64,000 nt of DNA from Eledone cirrhosa. Taxonomy: Eukaryota. Below are positions 24,286 to 36,444 of the stretch, one piece after another. The position numbers and the translations under genes were made by a program. The notes below the pieces were generated by a model that saw only the letters and a list, made by a program, of their open reading frames with translations, did no database searches and was not told where the DNA came from. Position 1 is the stretch's first letter; every line of letters starts with the position of its first letter. The DNA lies in NCBI GenBank assembly GCA_964016885.1, contig OZ024743.1, positions 19,716,001 to 19,780,000 on the forward strand, in the 5' to 3' direction.

Positions 24286-27200
24286 TTGTGTTTGTACGAG
24301 CAGACTCCTAGTCTCGCCCAGACACTTCAAACTATAGTTACAGGTTCAAGTCGACATTATGACTTGGGTGGTTGATAATTTCTAATATTGCGAAGAACTA
24401 CACATTAGGGTAACTCCAGTGAGAAGCCCACACATAGCCATGGTGGTTTGCTTTTCATTATAAACCAGGCTGATAGCCGTATATCTCCTACACGTGATAG
24501 CAGTTGTTCCATACACGCCTAGAAATCTAACATGCACGCTCGTGGGACGATAGCAGGCAAGACTGTTTTGTCGATGAACGTGCGTCATGGATATGTCGAG
24601 CAAGTGGCACTTCTATGCATATACAGCATGCCACTAACTGGTAGTGCCACTCTGTGGCACTACCATGCCAATGTGGTTTAGAAATTGTTCATAATTCCCC
24701 TCCTAAAAACCTCAAGAAAATCCTGTTTAAACTGTCTCCGTCAAAGAACAGAACCGATCCCAGGCCATCTTCGCTCATGCCTTCCAGTAACCATCTATAG
24801 AACTCAAGTTTTGTTTTCTGTCTACCTATCGCGTTACTCAACTTGTAAAACGCCGTGAATGCCTGGCAATTTTTAAATGCCAGTCGCCCAAACTTGGTTT
24901 GCAAATGGCCCAGGCACGTAGGTAGAAAGACCCCCTCAATGCTTGGACTACACTTTCATTATCATCATAATGCTGTTCTTGAGGTAATTCCACAGGTGCG
25001 TTAGCCGCAGTGCGCGTCAACGTATCAATAGTGATGGCATCCTGAAGCCATCATGGAATGGAATTTGGAAGCAGATTGATTTTTTTACCAACGGTACTTG
25101 CCCCTTCGACAAAAAGTGGGAGAGCATTCGTTCCAATTCCGTTAGGTGTTTTTGAAGGCATGGTCCGACGGCCAGATGATATTACACACCTGAAGCGATG
25201 AACGTGCTTCCCACCTCAGCCCTATATTTGAAGAAAAGCTTTCCATCTGCTCATTTATGAGTTAGATTAACTACCGAGTTCTCGTGTACCTGGAGATCCA
25301 GTCTAAACCCGACTCCAAACAATCGAGCTGTCGATCCAGTACCAGATATTTGCACTACCCGGCATGGATTTGCCTCTCCATTTTCCGAGTTTCAAGCCAA
25401 CTGACGTATCTCGTTTAATGCAAACTACAATAAATTGTTGCTATTCTTCTAGTATCTTGCCGACTGGGGATACATAAGGATAACATCCCACAAACTGACT
25501 CAATCAATCAATTAAATGGCACATCGTTTGTCTGTCACATTTGCTGCAGACCATGCAAATCTGCAGCTGGACTTAAAAGCCACATAAGAAGACATGAACG
25601 GAGGTTTAGAGTTGGGGACGGTTGATGGGTTGCATAGGGAGACGGCAATCATCTGCAAAGATGAAGCAATCACCATGTATTTATCTAGGTAGGTATGTAT
25701 GTATATATGTATGTATTAAGTGCATGTTTGTGTTTGATGACTGAACGGAGATTCCAAAAACTAGTGTTGTGACAAAAAGCATAACTTAGTGATTTAACAA
25801 TCGCCAATATAAATACCAGGCTGAAATACGTAATAGCCTAAAACCAGGAATAAAATACGCTAGTATGGCCGCAGTCCAATGATTCAAACCTCTAAAATAA
25901 TGAACTTGGTCTTCATCGTATACCTCATGATATTACATATTTCCTTTAACACAAATCTTGGGAATACGGCAGTAAAATAATGTCTGATCCAAATAAACTG
26001 CACATTCTTGTAAGCAGTTATAGCAATATCTATCTATGTAATGCATGCATATTCCATCTCTGCATATTTTATGTATCTACTCCTTTATACAGTGCTAAAT
26101 GTTAACCAAAGTTAGAAATGGATTGTTACGGTCAATCAGAATGATGAGACGAAATAATTTGGCATGATACTTCAATATGCACTGCAATTATTTATTGTAC
26201 ATGTGTAGTTTATTGTTTCTCTTCAATAATAAAACTGGAAATATTTCAGTTTTATCTAAATTTTCTTTTACAAATTTCACATCATTTTTACTTCCTGTCA
26301 CATGTTAAACATAGTTCATAGTTAACGGTTCAGAAAACATTTCCTTCTTCAAGTCTAGCATATCAACATCGGCATAATTTCAACAAAGAACATTTCAACT
26401 ATAACTATAACCGTGCAAACCAAGAGCATGCAGTAAATCATTTGCTAAAGTTGCTGCGCGGAATAAATTATTCACTATATTCCAATCACAAGTCTGGAAA
26501 GGCATAATTTTGATTCATTGATTTCAGCAGCAATGTCAATAGATTGAGCAATTACATTGTTAGACTCACTATATCTTTATATCAGTCTTTTCTTATGAAA
26601 CCTACCTATGAAATGGTTTCTTATTGTGCAGCTTCCACATTATACATAATTGGCAGCCGTATGGAGTAAGATAAAATAAAGATTGGAAGCTTCGTGGTTA
26701 TTAGGTCAGCATTGGCAACATGGCGCTGAATAAAAATTGTATAGATCAAAGTATTTTGGTCACCTTTGCAAACTATTCCAGCATATTAATAAGAATTGCG
26801 AAATATCTTCCTTTTTCATGATTGGCTTTGGATTTCAAAGATTTAATCGAGTAACGTTATGGACAAATGATTTTTGTGCATCATATTTCATTCGTATTCT
26901 GGATCTACTTTAATTTGAATGCTTTTTGACCTATGATCAATGATATATATATATTGAAAATTAGTATTCTTTTATCAACTTGATAATATAGTTAACAGAA
27001 ATATATTCTAGCCAAACAAATAGATGTGTCACTCTACAGACACTTTGCAATAATTTAATTAAAACTAAAACTTATTTCCTACAATTTCTTAGTTTGGAAT
27101 TAATATTTTCGTCATGAAAAAACGTATATATCGTCATACAATGATAATAGTATATGGGAATTTGACATCCATCACAGAAAATATATTAATGTCTGTCACT

Positions 27201-27925
27201 TAAATCTATATCTTGTTGGTTATATAATTAAATATTCTCAAAGTAGTAACCTATATAGTATCTCAAATTCTAATGTGTGTCTGCTGTTGTCAGCAAATAC
27301 TGAATATGATCACTCATCGCCTGAGAAAACGAGTATGAAAATTGCGGTTCTTTCTATATAAATGTTGTCAATCTATTCAACACCAAAGTTTTAATATCTA
27401 TTTCGAATTGTGTAGCTTTCTAAAGCTATGATCAAACAGGGGAAATGATATAAGGATGTTGGGCTCCGAGCTGATCTTTTGACTATACTTGAATATGTCA
27501 ACAACATTCATTCTGGAATAGATTGAATTTTGTAGCATATTTGTGATGTTAGGATACCAAACAACAATCTATATAATAACATCGAATGGCAATGTTTCAA
27601 TATTTCCTTTTGTGTGTAAACTGATATACGTTTCAAAGTGACTACCTAAATAATAGCTAAGCATAGGAATACTGAAATTCTGTTGATTTCACACGGACAA
27701 ATACAGTCACGAATTTAATATTATGGGGAATGTTAAATTAAACATCAAGAAATATCGTCATTATGTCTTAAATATTTGCCCTTTATGAATTTTTTTAAGC
27801 TAGTGTGTCAGACAATTAAATAGTTAGAAACTTCTGTAACCGTCTGTAATGTTGATCATATGGTTAATATATTATGGGTGTCTGTGACCTATATACCCTG
27901 TTTACAGACACACACATACACGCAT

Positions 27926-27959
<34 letters not shown>

Positions 27960-27964
27960 ATATA

Positions 27965-28051
<87 letters not shown>

Positions 28052-28234
28052 ATACACGCATATACATACAAACTTATAAACTCTACCTATTTAGCAGGAA
28101 ATATTCGCTACACACATCCTATCCTAACACAAGTTATATGATACATATGAGTTAATATTCAGTCACAAAAGTTTAGCTAGATACATTAATACTGTATTCG
28201 ATTCTTTGAATCACCAGTTATAATTTCATTCAAC

Positions 28235-28545
28235 AACACGACAAGCTCTCTCTCTCTCTTTCCCTCTCTCTCTCTATCTATCTATCTCTCTATGACTCCC
28301 TTTCAATCTACTCTCTCGCAACCACTATTTCTATATCTCTCTATTTTTGAAGGTACATGTAAAAACCCCGTATCCCGGGAAATCGTGCTGAGATTTACGC
28401 GGAAGTTGTTTTATTCCATTTGTATTCCCATTTCACGGGCAACTTCCTTTCAAAGTGTTTTCCCATCATACACCGTTTTGGCTGTATTAAATTACAGAGA
28501 AACACACAATCACAGAATTTTAGTAGTATATATAGATAGATAGAT
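28235..28545 (+). mobile_element. Dispersed repeat with a Helentron/DINE-like 3' end
   Basis: Homologous to 30820-31143 and ends acacacaatcacagaattttagtagtatatatagat. Confidence 0.55.
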
Positions 28546-28849
28546 TCAAAATAAATAAACACCATCAAAATCACCACACTACCACAACCACCACCACCCA
28601 CTACACCACTACTACCACAACCACCTCCACCCACTACACCACCACTACCACTACCACCACCACCCTCTACACCACCACCACCACCACCCTCCACCACCAC
28701 ATATTCTAAACTCCTGTCAAATAATTCAAAAAAAACACACCAGCAAAAATAATGATCTCCTCCACAGCCCAGGGGTTCAAAAGGTGGGGGAGGGGATAGA
28801 GAAATGTGTCTTTCTTTACAGAAGTTGAAAACATTTGTTGTTTCAAAGT

Positions 28850-29915
28850 AAAAAAGTTTGTAGCGGGATATAGAGGGGGAGAGAGAATTTGCTGTTCTAA
28901 TGAGATAGGGGGTGTTATGAGAGGGTGAGGTATGTAGTGGAATATAGAGAGAGGGAGAATGTTTTCGTTTAGTGAGAGAGTGAGGTGTGTAGTGGGCTAT
29001 AGAGAGCGGTGAGAGAATTTGTTGGTTTAGTGAGAGAGGGGGAATTAAGAGAGCGAAAGAGAGTGAGTCATGTTCTGGAATATAGAGAGGAGGAGATAAT
29101 TTGGTGGTCTAGTGAGAGAGGGGGAATTGCGAAAGAGTGTGAGGTAAATAGTGAGGTTATAGAGAGGGGGAGAGAGTTTATTAACCTAGTGAGAGAAGGG
29201 TATTTGTGACCGAGAGTGACGTATGGAGTGAGATACAGAGAGGATGGGTGAACTTAGTGGTCTAGTGAGAGAGGGGGGAATTGTGAGAGTGAGTGAGATA
29301 TGTAGTAGGATATATAGAGTGGGAGTTTAACTGGGGGTCTTGTGAGAGAGAGGGAACTGTTTGAGAGTGAGGTGTGTAGTGGTATAGTGTGAGGGAGAAA
29401 GAGTTTGTTGGTTTAGTGAGAGAGGGGAATTGTGAGAGAGAGTGAGGTATGTATTGAGGTATATAGAGAGCATGAGATATATTAGTTGTTTAGTGAGATA
29501 GGGTGAATTGTGAAAGCGATAGAGAGCGACGCATGTAGTGGGATATAATGAGGTGGAGAGAGTTTGGTGTCTAGTGAGAGATTGGGAATTACGAGAGTAA
29601 TAGAGAGTGAGGTATGTACTGGTATATACAGAGAAGGAGAATTTGGTGATCTAGTGTGAGAGGTGGAATTGTGAGAAAGTGAGGTATATAGTGGGATATA
29701 GAGGATGGCAGAGAGTTAGGTGGTTTAGTGAGAGAGGGGTAATTGTGAGAATGATAGAGTGAGCTATGTAGTCGGATATAAAGAGGGAGAGAGAGAGTTT
29801 GATGGTTTAGTGAGAGAGAGAGAAAATAGTGGTTTAATGAGAGAGAGTGAGGCACATAGTGGTATATAGAGAGGGTGAGAAAGTTATAATGTTTTAGTGA
29901 GTGAGGTGTAATAAT
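28850..29915 (+). repeat. Purine-rich diverged minisatellite (~70-80 bp unit)
   Basis: Recurrent gagagtgaggtatgtagtgggatatagagag..ggtctagtgagagaggggaattgt, more than 10 units. Confidence 0.85.
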
Positions 29916-30016
29916 TTGAAAGATTACCGAAATAATAATCGGGGGGCAGAAAAATGTTTTAATATTGAGTTTCACAGTAAAGTGGCTGTGTATATGAGTG
30001 CGTGTGTTTATATGTA

Positions 30017-30048
<32 letters not shown>

Positions 30049-30289
30049 GTGTGTGTGTGTGTGTGTGTGTGTGTGTATTTATATATATGTGCGCGTGTGT
30101 TTTATAAATGTGTGTGTGTGTGTGTGTGTATACATCTGTGTGTGTGTGTGTATACATGTGTGGGCGTGATTATTCATATATTTCTGTGTGATTATATATA
30201 TATATATTTGTGTGTGTGTGTTTATGTTTGTGTACCTATGTGCTTGCATATGTGTGTGTGTGTGTGTCTGTTTATATCTATTTATGTGC

Positions 30290-30580
30290 GTAAGTCCGTA
30301 GTTAGAGTATTCTGCTCAGAATCGTAAGGTCGTGAGTTCCATTCCAGTCGACGCGCTGTGTCCTTGAGCAAGACACTTTATTTCACGTTGCTCCAGTCCA
30401 CTCAGCTGGCAAAAATGGGTTATACCTGCAATTCGAACGACCAGCGTTGTCACACACTGTGTCACACTGAATCTCCCCGAGAGATACATAAAGGGTACCC
30501 GTGTCTCTGAAATACTCAACCACTTGCACGGTGATAGTATCAACTGGAAAACTAGTCGTCGTAACCGACGGAGCGACTCC
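30290..30580 (+). mobile_element. tRNA-derived CORE-like SINE
   Basis: B-box-like gagttccattcc, then tgtgtccttgagcaagacactttatttcacgttgctccagtccactcagctggcaaaaatg. Confidence 0.8.
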
Positions 30581-30635
30581 ATTTATATGTGTTTGTCTTT
30601 ATATATATGTGTCTGTGTGCGCATGTGTGTGTGTT

Positions 30636-30697
<62 letters not shown>

Positions 30698-30819
30698 CCA
30701 TGTTCACTTAAGAATTATTTTTAAATAATTAAAATATACACAGACATGTATATAATGTAAAATGAAATTGAGAGTTCCTTATATATATGTGTGTGTATGT
30801 GTGTATATATATATATAAA

Positions 30820-31143
30820 ATTTCATTCAATAATACCACTAGCTCTCTGTTTCCCTTCCATTTTCGTTTACTGTCACCTTCTCTCTCTCTCGCTCTCTCT
30901 CTTTCTTTCAAACTACACGCTCACAACCACTATCTCTTTCTCTCTATTTTTCTCTCTGTTTGTGAAGATACTCGGAAAAACCCCGTATCTGGGAATCGCC
31001 TGCTCCGATTTACGCGAAACTTGTTTTATTCTATTTGAATTTCTATTTCAGGGGCAACTTCCTTTCAAATTATTTTTCCACTTAGCACCGTTTTCGCTGT
31101 ATTAAATTACAGACAAGCACACAATCACAGAGTTTTAGGAGTA
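30820..31143 (+). mobile_element. Second copy of the Helentron-like repeat
   Basis: Collinear with 28235-28530 (aaaaaccccgtatc, gatttacgcg, gggcaacttcctttcaaa, tgtattaaattacaga). Confidence 0.6.
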
Positions 31144-31612
31144 CACACACACACACACACCTGACTCATGGTCGGGTCGTCGCTGACTAAACCGACAGCC
31201 CCACCAAGCTTGCTTGGTGAGGAAGGTGATATTTGGACACCCTGTAGGATGATATACAAGACCCGGCAAAGGGGTGGGGAACTCAGCAGAGTCAACGGCC
31301 ATCCAAATAGTACATTTTTTTTCACCAAATAGTACATTTTTATCACAACACCTTTCTGGAATAGGGAAACTCTGAAAAAAAACCTGTAGCTTTGGAAGCA
31401 TCCCATGATGTTAACCAGTTCTACTTTTAGGGTAGTGTTTTCGATGCTGAGAGAGTAGGGTTGGTCGAGTGCAGCGCCCACTTAAAAAATCTTCAAAACA
31501 CAGGCGTTGCTTGTTCAGGATACGTTACAGGTTTGTGTGGCTGGCCGTAGCCTAAAAGTGCACCAAACTCTATAATCTGACAAGCGATTGCAGTACTTTA
31601 GCAGAGTTTGCA

Positions 31613-31684
<72 letters not shown>

Positions 31685-31687
<3 letters not shown>

Positions 31688-31880
31688 GGAACAAGTATGA
31701 CCCCGACGGCAGAGCTCAAGCCGTTTCGACGGCTAATTCTGAGTCCAGAATAAGCCGTCGAAACGGCTTGAGCTCTGCCGTCGGAGTCATACTTGTTCCT
31801 ATTATCCACTCTACTACCCTAAGTATTGAGTACTGTGGTGCGTCATGGTCCTTTTTGTTCCTTACCACATTTCCTTCGTT
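31685..31880 (+). mobile_element. Family A hairpin plus tail
   Basis: Arms 31685-31741 and 31746-31802, tail to 31880, (TA)n on both sides. Confidence 0.88.
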
Positions 31881-31892
31881 ATATATATATAT

Positions 31893-31960
<68 letters not shown>

Positions 31961-32728
31961 AGAGAGAAAAGGTGAAATTGGAAATATATTTAAATTTAAG
32001 TGTTGAGTAGGACACTAATCATAGGCAGTGGTGATCCTGGTCGGGAGTAGGGTTCCCCGTAAACCTTTTCAGTTTTTTTCTATAGGATGTATAATAAAAA
32101 CTGAAAAAGATTATATATACTTCTAGACCAGAATTGAACCCAAGACCAGAATTTCTACCATCTCTAGTACCTACAGCTAGGCCACTGAGACAGATACGAT
32201 AATACGTTGAAAATTTATACTTATAAACCTACTTTCAACACAAAATATTGTGGTCTCGTTCATGTATTTCTTAATGCTCCTACTTCAGTTCGACTTCTAA
32301 ATAATTTGGGTGTTTCATAAACTACATCCTCGTTTTGTTTCTCATCTATCTAGACTCTATTTTAACCTGTAATCCATGTTTCATTTCTGATGCACCTCAT
32401 TTCTCTCCCTCCTCTCTCTATCTCCCCCTTTCTTTCTTTCGCTCTCTCATTCTCTCTCTCTCCCTCTTTCTCTCTCTCTCTCTCTCATTCTCTCTGTGAT
32501 ATGTGAATTTATTATGATTTGTGCGTACCTTATTCATATATATATATATGTTTTTGCATGTCAGTTAGATTCAAACTTACAATGATTCGCATTATATATG
32601 TATATATGTGTGTGTGTGTAAGGGAGTGTAATGTGAAGTTACTGTAGGTTCACTCAGGTGAACACTCGATGTTTAGGTTCACGTCAGTAGCGAGGTCTAG
32701 AGCTAAACAAAATATAATATAATAAATA

Positions 32729-32911
32729 TTTCTACTTTTGGCCCAAGGCCAGCAATTACCCAGTGCATTACTCGTACTTTAATTTATCGACCCCGTAAGA
32801 TGGAAAGGCAAAATTAACCATGGCGGGATTTGAACTGAGAATGGAAAGGCCGTAACTCTAAGCGTCAAAGCATGGCGTCCGACGTTCTACCGATACTGCC
32901 AATCCACCGCC
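32729..32911 (-). mobile_element. tRNA-derived SINE (Meta-domain-like)
   Basis: Collinear with 63232-63416. Confidence 0.88.
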
Positions 32912-33140
32912 ATAATACAAGGACGATTGGTCCAGCCTTCATTACGTTTATTGATTGGTGACGCGCTTTTAGCTATTGATTAGCTCAAGGCTCGATCTGT
33001 ATCGATATGGACCGACTCTAGAATCAAACGTCGTCGGACCAAAAGCTCGTTGGATGAAAAAAACTTATTTAACACTTAATTTTAAATCTTTAATTTTTAG
33101 TTTTTAATTCTTACTAATTCCTTTTAATTGTAATACTCAC

Positions 33141-33185
33141 CATTTGATAAGATGAATTTTACTAATACATCGAAACCGGTTATAC
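33141..33185 (+). ncRNA. Minimal hammerhead motif, U3-A8 variant, with a weak stem I
   Basis: cat-TTGATAA-gatg aattttactaata catc-GAAAC cg GTT-at, with palindromic AACCGGTT at stem III. Confidence 0.55.
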
Positions 33186-33336
33186 TGTATATACTTTATA
33201 TACATTATAAAACACATTTTTAAAAGAGTTGTCTCTCTCATTTTTTTTCAATAATGTCGCTTTGACGAATCAAAGATGGGAAAAAAAGGAGAACAGACCC
33301 TTAAATATATTTTCCGAGCTATTTCCAATTTCAACT

Positions 33337-33402
<66 letters not shown>

Positions 33403-33403
<1 letters not shown>

Positions 33404-34193
33404 TCCTCTCGACCACTCAGTCTTGAATTTAAGTTCTCTTATCGAGTGGCCTTGGATTTCCTACCTATAGTTGCTCGCATATTACTCGGCTTGTTGTTGC
33501 TTTTTTGCTGTTTTGTTAATGTTTTCTCTTTTCTTCCCCTTTATTCCCACTGCATTTTAAATTACCTTAAATAGCAACTACACAGCCATATCTATCCTCC
33601 ATATATTTCATCATGTTTTTCGCTGTGACTATTCTTCTCTCCCCTTCTACCTACCTATTTCGCTACTTTCTACTCTCACCCCTCTTTCTTCCTCTCTCTT
33701 TCTCCCTATCTACTCTTACCCCACTTTCTTCATCCCCCTTTCTCCCTCTCACTTTCAATCACTCGTCTGACCGTTTAGCAGTTCTCTTCTCACTTACAAC
33801 TGCGGCGATCGGACGTGTGTCTCTCCCTTTCCTCTCGACCACTCAGTCTTAAACTTAAGTTCTCTGATCCAGTGGTCTTGGATTTCCTACCTATAGTTCT
33901 CGCATATTGCTCGGTTTGTTATTTTTTTTTTTTTTTTTGCTGTTTTGTTACTGTTTTCTCTTTTCTTCTCCTTTGCTCTTTCTTCCATTTTCCCAATAAC
34001 TTATCCAATTATTGAACGCCCTGGGCGGTAGATATCTTGTCTTTAAAGCGTAGAAATATCCGAGAGCCCCAGTGGACAACTGATGAGGAAATCTCCGCCT
34101 CCCACCGTTCTTGCTTACTTCGTATTCCCACTGCATTTTAAGTTACATTAAATATCAACTACACAACCATTTCTATTCTCCATATATTTCATC
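33403..34193 (+). repeat. Partial tandem non-coding element between (TA)n tracts
   Basis: 33403-33612 repeats at 33829-34193. The second copy carries an extra ~150 bp segment containing CTGATGA. Confidence 0.8.
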
Positions 34194-34227
34194 ATATATA
34201 TATATATGTGTGTGTGTGTATACACAT

Positions 34228-34531
<304 letters not shown>

Positions 34532-34811
34532 TATATATATATATATGAATATATATGTTTAAGTTATTGAAGTCGGATAACCGGTTCTCAGAATAATTGC
34601 ACCAAAGAACATCAAAAACGTTTCATACAAGTTATATTTGTAACTTCACATATTTCATAATATATAGCTTATGTCTTAGTTAAACACATTTAATTTATTA
34701 ATATATATAGGCAGATTTGCACACAATTATGCAACTGACACTCCTTATATACGTTGCATATATAAATATTCTCTCTCTCTCTCTCTCTCGCTCTCTCTCG
34801 GTATCTCTCTC

Positions 34812-34867
<56 letters not shown>

Positions 34868-35468
34868 TATATGTGCATATATGTATTATATTATGTTATA
34901 TCATATAATAAAAGGGTGGGTGTATATATATATATATATATATATATAAATATATATCACGATACATTAACGGAGCCATAGACTCTCGCCGTTCTCTGTA
35001 AATAATGTGCTCAAAGGAGAGAAAATCCTGAGCACTTTAAAATACAATATGTTGAAAGGGTAACACACTAGAGAGAGATACAGTGCGCTATCAAAAAAAC
35101 AGGGAAAAATCACTGATGTATGGAATCTATAAACTATGAAAGGCATAATATAGACACGATAATTAAAAATATAATTTAAAGCGTAAATAAATACCTCTAT
35201 AACTATATAACACACGTACAAATCCAAAGTGATCTGTTACGCCAGTAAGTTGTTGACAGAAATGAAATAACCCAGGTTCATCAGCGTGTGTAAGGCCATA
35301 CATTTCAGACAACACTAAGAGAATTTTTAAGCGACCGTCCAACTACACGTGGGAGAGAGAAGTCACAGCGTGTTTAAGGGCAGTGATATATATATATATA
35401 TATATATATATAAATGTAAGTATGTATGTATACGTACATACATATATGTATACAGACGTACAGTAGCA

Positions 35469-35535
<67 letters not shown>

Positions 35536-35684
35536 GTACACATACATATATGTACGTATCAGTTTAGCGGACGCTTATTATAACGCCCGCTTTGTCCGTT
35601 TGTAAACAAACTGACAGCCTGAATTTATGCCGTACGGTGTTAAGGTAACCACGTCACCTTTTTGTTCAACACTGACACGGGAAC

Positions 35685-35723
35685 GATGTACTAGTTTCAA
35701 GCTTGTTTGCTATCATCAGCACC
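35685..35723 (-). ncRNA. Minimal type I hammerhead
   Basis: Reverse complement: ggtg-CTGATGA-t agc aaacaa gct t-GAAAC ta GTA-catc. Confidence 0.8.
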
Positions 35724-35960
35724 GTATACCCTTCTGCCAGATGGTTGAACGTTCGAAAGTATATACTTTCCTTATGAAAATTAACGGCTGAGCAGCCTAA
35801 TTTGCATATCGAGTGAGTTCAGTCGGCCAGGCGCACCGAAAACGATAAGTTGTAATAAAAGAAAACGAAATTTGATTCCTCACTCTTAGTACGGCACTTA
35901 CTTAAATGTAAGTATGTATGTATACGTACATACATATATGTATACAGACGTACAGTAGCA

Positions 35961-36030
<70 letters not shown>

Positions 36031-36182
36031 CAGGTACACATACATATATGTACGTAGCAGTTTAGCGGACGCTTATTATAACGTCCGCTTTGTCCGTTTG
36101 TAAACAAACTGACAGCCTGAATTTATGCCGTACGGTGTTAAGGCAACCACGTCACCTTTTTGTTCAACACTGACACAGGAAT

Positions 36183-36221
36183 GATGTACTAGTTTCAAGC
36201 TTGTTTGCTATCATCAGCACC
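36183..36221 (-). ncRNA. Minimal type I hammerhead
   Basis: Identical to 35685-35723, 498 bp away. Confidence 0.8.
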
Positions 36222-36444
36222 GTATACCCTCCTGCCAGATGGTTGAACGTTCGAAAGTATATACTTTCCTTATGAAAATTAACGGCTGAGCAGCCTAATT
36301 TGCATATCGAGTGAGTTCAGTCGGCCAGGCGCACCGAAAACGATAAGTTGTAATAAAATGAAAACGAAATTTCATTTCTCACTCTTAGTACGGCACTTAC
36401 TTAAATGTAAGTATGTATGTATACGTACATACATACTTACATTT

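Larger units (their letters stand above)
35411..36444 (-). mobile_element. Tandem HHR-bearing non-coding units (retrozyme-like), two units of ~495 bp plus a terminal hairpin
   Basis: Direct repeats 35411-35902 and 35903-36401. A third unit start folds back at 36402-36444. One HHR per unit. Confidence 0.85.

Noticed and set aside
24689-25020. ORFs with a faint Gypsy-RT-like GYW word
   Set aside because: No other RT motifs occur in register, so a chance match is likely.
31160-31570. GC-richer segment reminiscent of an RTE 5' UTR with an HDV-like ribozyme
   Set aside because: I could not build the nested double pseudoknot by eye, and no RTE ORF follows.
32110-32195. tRNA-like A and B boxes on the - strand
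   Set aside because: I could not form a cloverleaf. It is likely a repeat-derived remnant rather than a tRNA gene.
35230-35290. - strand CTGATGAacc...ggcGTAACagatc
   Set aside because: GAAA is mutated and stems I and II are weak. It may be a decayed HHR but is not supportable alone.
35735-35775. Possible second hammerhead on the opposite strand of the tandem units (CAGATGR..GAAAGTATATACTTT), which would make them ambisense and viroid-like
   Set aside because: The core has mismatches, stem II is poor and no stem I forms. GAAA is explained by the 16-bp palindrome.
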